Below are positions 1 through 6,819 of a stretch of 6,853 nt of DNA, one piece after another. This stretch comes from Tubiluchus corallicola (taxonomy: Eukaryota; Animalia; Priapulida). The notes beneath the pieces are model-generated. The model did no database searches and had not been told where the DNA came from. It saw only the letters and a program-made list of their open reading frames with translations. The stretch lies in the NCBI GenBank assembly GCA_030141605.1, contig JAQGDQ010002242.1, positions 1 through 6,853 of the forward strand, given 5' to 3'. Within the stretch, counting starts at the first letter, position 1. Every line of letters begins with the position of its first letter. A program made the position numbers and the translations under genes.

Positions 1-1249
1 TGTGATAGAATCGATCAGGCGAAGTTTGTAGAAAATCTACCCGATCCATTTGACATCTTCGATATAGTAGATTCCGACGTGAGCCAAATAACGTCTCGAA
101 TTAACGAGATACTGTATGGTTGTGGAAATAATGCAGCAAATAACCGTAGAAAGCAAGAACAAATTGCGGAACCTAATTGGAGCGAACTTGGGAAGTGTAA
201 TGATTCAAAAACAATATGGAGTAAGATAGATTGGAACGGAACCGTGAGAAACTTTGAACAAACTTGTGAACAGCAGCCTACAGATGAAGAATTCAAAAGT
301 CACTTTGAGGACTTGTTGAATCCGTCGGATACACCACCTGTACGTTTTGATGATGTAAATGACTGCCCGAATATTCCTATTTTGGATGATCCTTTTACTC
401 CTAATGAGGTGGATGATGCCATTAGCTTGTTAAAAATCGATAAGAGCGGTGGACCGTCGGGAGTCCCACCTGGGATAATAAAATGGCTGCCAGTGAACTG
501 GATAATGTTTTTAACGCTACTCTTTAATATAATATTTTGAACTGTTCGTGTCCCAGCAGGATGGGTGTTCTCGCGATTAATCGTCTTATTTAAAAAGGAA
601 ATAAAGTTGATTGTGGAAATTATAGGGGTATTAGTATCATGGACACTTTAGCTAAGCTGTATGACGTCATTCTGTGTAAGCGATTAGAGAAGTGGTGCCG
701 TCCGGACCGGGAACAAGCTGGTGCGCAGCCCGGCCGAGGATCTGCAGAGCACATTGCAACGTTGAGATTATTGATTAATTATGCGAAATCTAAGCGGACT
801 AAATTATATGTTACCTATATTGATTTTTCTAAAGCTTACGATAGAGTGCCTAGACAAGCCTTACTCGAAGTTTTGAAGTCGCTTGGATGAGGCGGAACGA
901 TGTTAGCTGCGATTGCTGAACTGTACGCGGACACTAAGTTTATTCTTGGTGCGGCGACGATTGTCGCTAGCCTTGGAGTACGTCAGGGGAGCCCAACCAG
1001 CTGTTTTTTGTTCACGTGTTACGTAAACAAAATAATTAGAGAATTAAAACGTCGATGTGATCCTGATGGATATTTGGGCTGGCTGCACTCATTGCTGCTC
1101 ATGGACGACACGGTATTATTAGCGACGACTCGAGAGAAGGCCGAATACAAATTTTCCATTTTACTGGACTTCTGCGAACAATACGGAATGGTAATAAATG
1201 CTTCCAAAACAAAGTTTATGGTAATCAACGGTGGCGTTGAAGATAAATG
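1..1249 (+). pseudogene. LINE ORF2-type polyprotein, 5' part (linker plus reverse transcriptase), disabled
   Basis: Frame 1 is open from base 1 to a TGA at 538-540. It continues as TVRVPAGWVFSRLIVLFKK, then a 1-bp loss in the A run at 592-596 shifts into the GNKVDCGNYRGISIMDTLAK frame. A second TGA lies at 888-890. The ORF calls 79-540, 639-890 and 900-1250 are pieces of one gene. Confidence 0.93.
1245..1249 (+). repeat. Target-site duplication, left copy (AAATG)
   Basis: AAATG lies directly before the 5' LTR and directly after the 3' LTR. Keeping one copy restores the LINE frame. Confidence 0.93.
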
Positions 1250-1698
1250 AGTAAAGAGAAGATGATAATTGTATGATTAGTATTAGCAGTTCAGAAATGA
1301 AACGACTCTATGAAGGGGATATGAGAGATATGTAGAAATGAAGCCATGATTTTAGGTGCGGCTGTCATGTGACTGAATTCCATATATGGACAGCAACAAT
1401 TATAACGCATGCGCTGTGAGTCCAAAAGGCTGAAGGAAGCCAAGTGGAATGGGAGATCAGATCACGGGGGAATCTCGAGGAAGCAGGAACAGATCTTGGG
1501 CGGTTCGGCAGAGCTATGATATGTACTTTACCATGTAATATATTATTGTGAAATAAATGTGTTAGTCGCTCATCAATCCAGGTCTTATAGCTTTGTCACC
1601 ACCTCACGTCAATAAACGGCTGCGGCCTCCTCAATAATCCACCAACAAGTACTACCACTATACGACTCAGCTCATAAACATAACATATAAATTTTACT
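1250..1698 (+). repeat. 5' LTR (449 bp)
   Basis: Starts AGTAAA and ends TTTACT (6-bp inverted termini). Identical to 5290-5738 except G1428 vs A5468 by manual comparison. Confidence 0.97.
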
Positions 1699-1716
1699 GG
1701 TGCCGTGACCAGGATT
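1698..1716 (+). other. Primer-binding site complementary to the tRNA-His 3' end
   Basis: TGGTGCCGTGACCAGGATT is the reverse complement of ...AATCCTGGTCACGGCA-CCA, the tRNA-His(GUG) 3' end as I recall it for Drosophila-type tRNAs. Its first T is also the last base of the LTR. Confidence 0.9.
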
Positions 1717-2341
1717 GTTTTTCCCTATTAAACCTAGGAATAAATGGTCTATTATTCTGAAATCTGAAATTCGGGGCGTTTTCTCTAGGCATCCATGACG
1801 CGCGTTGATTGAAGTTGTTATTTCTATTCGTAGCGCGCGGTTGAAACCTGAAACCTGTGTTCGGTCGTTCGTTGTAGAACTGTCTATTATTAAAGTTATT
1901 AAAATTACGTTGAAATGGAGCGTTAGGTCGATTGGTTGTCCGAAATTGTCGGTTATTATTATTATTAAAACCCGTTGGTACAAATTGACGTCCTTTACCG
2001 AATCTTGCTTGTTGATTTTGTGTTGGTTTAGCCAAAGTAGCGACAGTTTTATTAAGAGAACATACCGATTCTTGTACGTTGCTTAAAACTTGTCCCTGTT
2101 TAAGTAATGAATCTGCAAACAGCTGCAATGTATGGGGAGTCATGTCTGAGGGGTCTTCATGAAGTTCTTGTGAAATTAGATCAACTTCCATAGGTTCTGA
2201 ATTATCTGGAAAACACGATCTAAGATATTGGCACATCTCCACGGGGGCTCCCCTGTTAGCGGCTTCTGTGATTGCCAAAGTTAGAGTTCGGGGAGGCTCT
2301 CTAAGTAAGTATTGACGTGCCTGGTCCCCTCGTATACCCAG

Positions 2342-2388
2342 TGTTAAAATTGTATCAAAATGATCAAAATGTTGAACATTATTCTTAA
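2342..2388. repeat. 47-bp inverted repeat, left arm
   Basis: TGTTAAAATTGTATCAAAATGATCAAAATGTTGAACATTATTCTTAA is the exact reverse complement of 3951-3997. Confidence 0.95.
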
Positions 2389-2426
2389 AGTTCAAAATAT
2401 AAGTATACAGTAATGTTATTCATTTT

Positions 2427-3293
2427 TCATTCATTCTCTTCCTCTGTCTGAAAACAAGTGTTTTGATCCAAGTTGAGCTGAACAGACTTCAGTCGTGTCG
2501 CAAAAGCGATTACTGCTTGATATAAAGCCTGGAAGTTGCTTAAAGCCCCCATTTGCGAGGTGAATCTAGAAGGCCAGTGAAGTGCTATTTCACAATTAAA
2601 TCGTTCTATCCACCGAGAGTGAAAATGAGCCACTCGGTCTGGACGTTGTAAATTAAGGCAAGTTGAGTCATAGAGTAAGATGTTTGTTAAGATTTCCAAC
2701 TCGTCTTGCGTTGGTCTAACTAGCATAATCGCCTGTGCAGTTCTATAAAGTTGTTGTGTAAACTCATCGAAATCACTGAGTTGATGTTGCGGCACTAATT
2801 CTTGGGCAAGCGACACGAAATTAATAAGTGTATTTAGCCAAATTAGAATTATACTTGGAGCGCCAGATTTTAGTAGAATTTTCTGGTCTTCGACAGGTAA
2901 TGTTTGTAATTCGGGTTGTTGGCATGCCTTCTGAATTGTGATTCTTACGGCGACAGGTAGAAGTTGGTTTGCCATCCGGTTAATAGATTTGACCCGATAA
3001 TTAAGTTTAGCTTTGAGACGATTCTGACGAGATTTAGATGACCTCCCAAAACGAGGTGAAGTTGGCTGTAAACCAACGGCTATACATTTGTTAAATCTAC
3101 AAAGTTGACAATGACGTCTGGTGTCTGGGGTAATACGACAATTTCCAACACAGCCACGTTTAGAACATACATTTTTAACGTGCTGCTTTCTGTAAAAAAA
3201 ATAGCGGCACGCGTTACACGTTAATTTGCCATAGTGTTTAATGAAAGCTGCTGCAGAACAGACTAGGCAGCTTTGTATAACCGTGTCTGACAT
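2427..3293 (-). CDS. Nuclear hormone receptor, 288 aa from the ATG at 3293 (C4 zinc-finger DBD plus LBD), divergent NR1-like, intronless
   Basis: DBD at 3069-3269: CLVC-X13-CNACRYFFYR...C-X9-CQLCRFNKCIAVGL, with HYG and FF(Y)R. RFGR extension at 3042-3053. LBD signature IQKACQQPELQTLPVEDQKILLKSG and later helices ELEILTNILLY...PSRFTSQMGALSNFQAL. The ATG has GCC context. The track's longer start at 3410 is a TTG. Confidence 0.92.
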   Translation of the reverse strand: MSDTVIQSCLVCSAAAFIKHYGKLTCNACRYFFYRKQHVKNVCSKRGCVGNCRITPDTRRHCQLCRFNKCIAVGLQPTSPRFGRSSKSRQNRLKAKLNYRVKSINRMANQLLPVAVRITIQKACQQPELQTLPVEDQKILLKSGAPSIILIWLNTLINFVSLAQELVPQHQLSDFDEFTQQLYRTAQAIMLVRPTQDELEILTNILLYDSTCLNLQRPDRVAHFHSRWIERFNCEIALHWPSRFTSQMGALSNFQALYQAVIAFATRLKSVQLNLDQNTCFQTEEENE

Positions 3294-3388
3294 GGCTAAA
3301 CAATTACACAACGTTTTAAACGTCTTTATAATGTAGCGAAGGCCGAATGTTCTTGCACCATCAACATATGTTAGTCTAAAGGTTTCTT

Positions 3389-3748
3389 TTAAATTATATC
3401 GTCGACACAAATATGTGGTTCTCCCATTAAGTGTTTAAAATAGTTCTGACAGCGCATAAAGTCCTGACAATTTATAAAGTCCTGACAATTTATAGTAGGT
3501 ACAGTTGCTTGATTCACATTTTGCGAAACACGATGTTTAATCATCCTCATTGTTAAATATCGATCAAAGTACGGTTTAAAGTTAATTACACTCAACGGAT
3601 ATCTTCTAAAATATTTCGTATGCAGTAATTCTAAGATAATAAACTGAGCTCCTTCATAATTTACGAGGCAGTAGGTTTTCCTGAAAGGTGGTTTTTGATA
3701 TGTGTAAGTTGCTAATACTCGAATATTTAGTTTCATATTTAGTTTCAT
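3389..3748 (-). CDS. 119-aa hypothetical protein, weak chromo/chromoshadow-like pattern
   Basis: ATG-initiated ORF directly upstream of the receptor on the same strand. The pattern IRVLA...YCLVNYEG...RYPLSVINF was recognised by eye only. Two internal duplications (12 and 18 bp) both keep the frame. Confidence 0.45.
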   Translation of the reverse strand: MKLNMKLNIRVLATYTYQKPPFRKTYCLVNYEGAQFIILELLHTKYFRRYPLSVINFKPYFDRYLTMRMIKHRVSQNVNQATVPTINCQDFINCQDFMRCQNYFKHLMGEPHICVDDII

Positions 3749-3769
3749 TGCACTGGTAAATGAAACGTA

Positions 3770-3828
3770 GAACGAAGTTATTTTTAATGCTGTTCACCGG
3801 AACAAAGTTTTCTTTGATGCTGTTCACC
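3770..3828. repeat. Imperfect 30-bp tandem duplication upstream of the antisense ORFs
   Basis: GAACGAAGTTATTTTTAATGCTGTTCACC followed by GAACAAAGTTTTCTTTGATGCTGTTCACC. Confidence 0.75.
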
Positions 3829-3950
3829 ATATATCAACTAGGGCTCTGGTTTACACAATTTCACAAAATAGTTGTTCTGTAGTTTACGTAGACTAGTTCT
3901 AGAGCGATTAGCAAACATTAGCAAAGACAGCTGCAAAGTTTGTGTACTAC

Positions 3951-3997
3951 TTAAGAATAATGTTCAACATTTTGATCATTTTGATACAATTTTAACA
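3951..3997. repeat. 47-bp inverted repeat, right arm
   Basis: TTAAGAATAATGTTCAACATTTTGATCATTTTGATACAATTTTAACA is the exact reverse complement of 2342-2388. Confidence 0.95.
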
Positions 3998-4009
3998 TGG
4001 AGATTCAAT

Positions 4010-4345
4010 GAATAAATGAATAACATTGTGTGTTCAATGAATAATATGATGTTAAAGGAATAATATTGAATAACCGTGTGTATTCATATATGATGTCAAA
4101 TGAAAGATATTGAATGACACTGTGTACTTATATTATGGATGAAATGATGAAATATTGAACAACCGTGTGTACTTATATAGGATGTCAAATGAATGATTGT
4201 GTATGTATATTATGAAATGATGAATAACGTTGTATACTTATATTTTGAAATGCGTCCAATAATGTTGTGTTCCTGTATTTTGAAATGAAATGTTGGATAG
4301 TATAATGTTGATTTTGCACGACGTGTGTATTTATATTGTATAATG
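4010..4345. repeat. Degenerate AT-rich tandem array A (units of about 30-45 bp, roughly 7-8 copies)
   Basis: Recurring ATATTGAAyAACCGTGTGTAyTyATAT...GATGTCAAATGAA and shorter variants. Boundaries are approximate. Confidence 0.75.
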
Positions 4346-4360
4346 ATTGATGATTCATCG

Positions 4361-4625
4361 ATGTCAGATTGTCATTTATACTTTTATGACCGTGATGGAT
4401 GACGGATGATTTATTGATGCAGGTTGTCACTTATACTTTTGATGACCGCGATTGATGACCTGCAGATTGTCACTTATATTTTATGACGGTGACTAATGAT
4501 TCAGATTGTCACTTATATTTTATGACGGTGATTGACGACTCAAGTGACGACTCAGGTTGTCATTGATATCGTTTGATAATGATTGATGATTCAGGTTGTC
4601 AGCTGATGACTTATAGCTGATGACA
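4361..4625. repeat. Degenerate tandem array B (39-55 bp spacing, 6 copies)
   Basis: CAG(A/G)TTGTCA starts at 4365, 4420, 4463, 4502, 4553 and 4592, mostly followed by (C/T)TTATA(C/T)TTT...ATGAC. Confidence 0.85.
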
Positions 4626-5098
4626 TATATATATCTATTTTGCCTTGATTTACGTAAATTTATATCCTGACTTGACTTGTATTCGGAATGGTATTTTAAA
4701 TGATATCAGTTGAACTCATATAATTACTCCTATAACTATATATCTCAATAGCATAGTTGATACGATAAAGAAAATCGATTAGGATAGTATACTGCATGAT
4801 TGGACCTATACACTCGTATATTGTGCGCTTACTTATATAGTTTGCATATATATATTAGAAACTTTGATAAATGTTACACGTATGTATCAACTGTGTGTTT
4901 AATAATATTTGTATATCTCATTAGCCTAGTTATACTTACTAAGGATGATAACATGATAAGGAAAATTGCTTGCTATACTAGATTTAACCGGTATACCTCA
5001 CATGTCCATATTACTGTTATCAATGTTGTAAATGTATAGTTTAGTATAAGGACGAGCAAGCCTCGTGCCTCCATACTCACAAGGACATTCGGATTGCC

Positions 5099-5202
5099 TA
5101 GATATTTTAATTAGATATTTTAAATCAGATATTTTACTTAGATATTTTAACTGGATATTTTACTCACATATTTTAAAAATCAGATATCTTAAATCACATA
5201 TT
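5099..5202. repeat. Tandem array C (13-16 bp units, about 8 copies)
   Basis: Repeats of (T/C)AGATATTTTA(A/C)T, ending about 75 bp before the PPT. Confidence 0.85.
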
Positions 5203-5278
5203 GGTCATGTATTTTAGACAGATGATATAATATTAAAATTATCTAATCTGCCAGCCCCGAGGGAACTAACTTCCTTTT

Positions 5279-5289
5279 AGGAAGAGAGG
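5279..5289 (+). other. Polypurine tract
   Basis: AGGAAGAGAGG, preceded by TTTT and abutting the 3' LTR. Confidence 0.88.
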
Positions 5290-5738
5290 AGTAAAGAGAA
5301 GATGATAATTGTATGATTAGTATTAGCAGTTCAGAAATGAAACGACTCTATGAAGGGGATATGAGAGATATGTAGAAATGAAGCCATGATTTTAGGTGCG
5401 GCTGTCATGTGACTGAATTCCATATATGGACAGCAACAATTATAACGCATGCGCTGTGAGTCCAAAAAGCTGAAGGAAGCCAAGTGGAATGGGAGATCAG
5501 ATCACGGGGGAATCTCGAGGAAGCAGGAACAGATCTTGGGCGGTTCGGCAGAGCTATGATATGTACTTTACCATGTAATATATTATTGTGAAATAAATGT
5601 GTTAGTCGCTCATCAATCCAGGTCTTATAGCTTTGTCACCACCTCACGTCAATAAACGGCTGCGGCCTCCTCAATAATCCACCAACAAGTACTACCACTA
5701 TACGACTCAGCTCATAAACATAACATATAAATTTTACT
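5290..5738 (+). repeat. 3' LTR (449 bp)
   Basis: Direct repeat of 1250-1698 at an offset of 4040 bp. Preceded by a purine tract and followed by the TSD. Confidence 0.97.
5592..5656 (+). promoter_or_regulatory. Candidate polyadenylation signals in the 3' LTR
   Basis: AATAAA at 5592-5597 and 5651-5656 (1552-1557 and 1611-1616 in the 5' LTR). Which one is used cannot be told from sequence. Confidence 0.45.
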
Positions 5739-5743
5739 AAATG
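5739..5743 (+). repeat. Target-site duplication, right copy (AAATG)
   Basis: Matches 1245-1249. Confidence 0.93.
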
Positions 5744-6686
5744 TACTATGATCGTTCGCAATATCGAAGTTAAAAATTGTGAGAAGTACGTGTACCTCGG
5801 AGCCACATTTACCCAAGATGGAAAAGTCCAGTCTTCAATTGACGAACATTGTGCTGGTAAACAAGGCCAGTTATGGAAGTTCATTGCCTTTGTATCAAAA
5901 AACGTAGACTTCCCGATATGGATAAAAATGAAAGTGTTCGAAGCTACATTTCTACCCGCATTATTGTATAGTAGTGAATCTTGGCTCAGTAACACGTACG
6001 GTCAGTTGGACACTGTGTACATGACAGCAGTAAAAGCGTTACTTGGAGTCCGGAAAACGACGGCAAATTTGATTTGTTTAGCGGAAGCTGGAATTCCCAG
6101 CCTCCAGAATAGAATACAGCAGTCACAAAGAAATTTGCTATTGAAACTGATAAGTCAAAGAACTGGTATGGTGGACGATCCATTTATGTTTGTTTGGAAT
6201 TTATGTAAAACTAACAATACCAAAGGATACAAGTACCTCCAAAAAATCCTTTCTACTGATATCAAAGACGATGTTCCGGCAAAAATTCGTAACAAAACGG
6301 GAACAAAATTTTTGACATTTATAGAACTCAACCCATGTTTAGAACCTCATAAAGTCTATAATGATATGGAATCTGAAATCCCGGACTACCAAAGAGTTGA
6401 ATTTACCAGACTTAGGACGTCATCGCATAATCTCATGATAGAAACCGGACGTTGGTCCAGAATACCGAGAGAAGACAGATTATGTACATGTGGGGAAGAA
6501 GTTCAAACAGAAGCCCACGTCTTATTGAGATGTCCGGTGACAGAAGATTTACGAATTGAACATTCTGAGTTGAACTTTTCTAGCATTTGTAACCTTATGC
6601 ACTCCCCAAATTTAACGTCGTTAATGAAATATTGTTGGAGATGTGTTAAGACGTATGAGAGAAGAACTATTGTGCCCCTACATTAA
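5744..6686 (+). pseudogene. LINE ORF2-type polyprotein, 3' part (end of RT, thumb region, C-terminal CCHC-type motif)
   Basis: Joining 1249 to 5744 reads GAA GAT AAA TGT ACT ATG ATC, i.e. ...INGGVEDKCTMIVRNIEVKNCEKYVYLG, in frame. The frame stays open to TAA at 6684-6686. Confidence 0.93.
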
Positions 6687-6819
6687 AACGTAATATTTTT
6701 GTTGATTCGGTAAAGAAATTTGCCCTCTGTATATGATTTTTTGTTTTGTAGTTAAATTTTAATTTCGTTAATTATATAGTTATCGTTGCCTACTTATGTT
6801 ATGTGAAATCATTACGGTG

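Larger units (their letters stand above)
1694..2395 (-). pseudogene. gag: Truncated Gypsy-type gag fragment (capsid C-terminal part plus R/N/F/Q-rich tail), antisense to the LTR polarity
   Basis: LTLGIRGDQARQYLLREPPRTLTLAITEA resembles the Gag capsid C-terminal pattern FxxGL...LL...PxTLxxAxxxA. EPMEVD lies at 2180-2197, followed by a possible coiled segment and a basic Asn/Arg-rich tail. It starts at TTG, has no zinc knuckle, and stops only after crossing the PBS into the LTR. Confidence 0.65.
1250..5738 (+). mobile_element. Non-autonomous LTR retroelement (Ty3/Gypsy-like), 4489 bp, carrying antisense cargo ORFs
   Basis: Two 449-bp direct repeats, a 5-bp TSD, a PBS after the left LTR and a PPT before the right LTR. 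No protease, RT, RNase H or integrase ORF is visible inside. The Gypsy assignment is inferred from the gag PMEVD motif and the AGT...ACT termini. Confidence 0.95.

Noticed and set aside
538-890. In-frame TGA codons as recoding (alternative genetic code or selenocysteine)
   Set aside because: A frameshift at 592-596 lies between them and Trp is encoded by TGG elsewhere, so ordinary pseudogenisation is the simpler explanation.
1248-1249. TG at 1248 as a canonical TG...CA LTR start
   Set aside because: The second copy has GG at the equivalent position and no CA at the end. The TG belongs to the AAATG TSD.
15-2086. ORFs 15-296, 1019-1228, 1672-1983 and 1805-2086
   Set aside because: Shadow or alternate frames of the LINE and gag-like sequence, with no motifs.
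3389-3440. Programmed -1 frameshift fusing the 119-aa ORF to the receptor (TTTAAAC on the minus strand)
   Set aside because: The frames do overlap in a -1 relationship, but the heptamer is in the wrong phase and slipping there would hit TAA. The receptor has its own ATG at 3293.
2342-3997. Nested DNA transposon or MITE defined by the 47-bp inverted repeats
   Set aside because: There is no flanking TSD and no transposase, and one arm is in frame with the gag-like ORF. It was kept only as an inverted-repeat finding.
4361-4625. CRISPR-like repeat-spacer array
   Set aside because: The spacers are related to one another, the repeats are degenerate, there are no cas genes and the context is eukaryotic.
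4185-5039. ORFs 4185-4430 (-) and 4800-5039 (+)
   Set aside because: Short ORFs with non-ATG starts in AT-rich or repetitive DNA and no recognisable motifs.
1250-5738. Element oriented on the minus strand, matching its ORFs
   Set aside because: The minus strand has no TGG-type PBS next to 5289 and no purine tract next to 1699. Both signals are on the plus strand.
5636-6183. ORFs 5636-5995 and 5986-6183 (-)
   Set aside because: Antisense shadows of the LINE ORF. One crosses the LTR junction, so it cannot predate the insertion.
5748-6686. 312-aa ORF as a stand-alone gene or part of the LTR element
   Set aside because: It lies outside the TSD and joins in frame to the RT fragment ending at 1249, so it is the LINE's C-terminal half.
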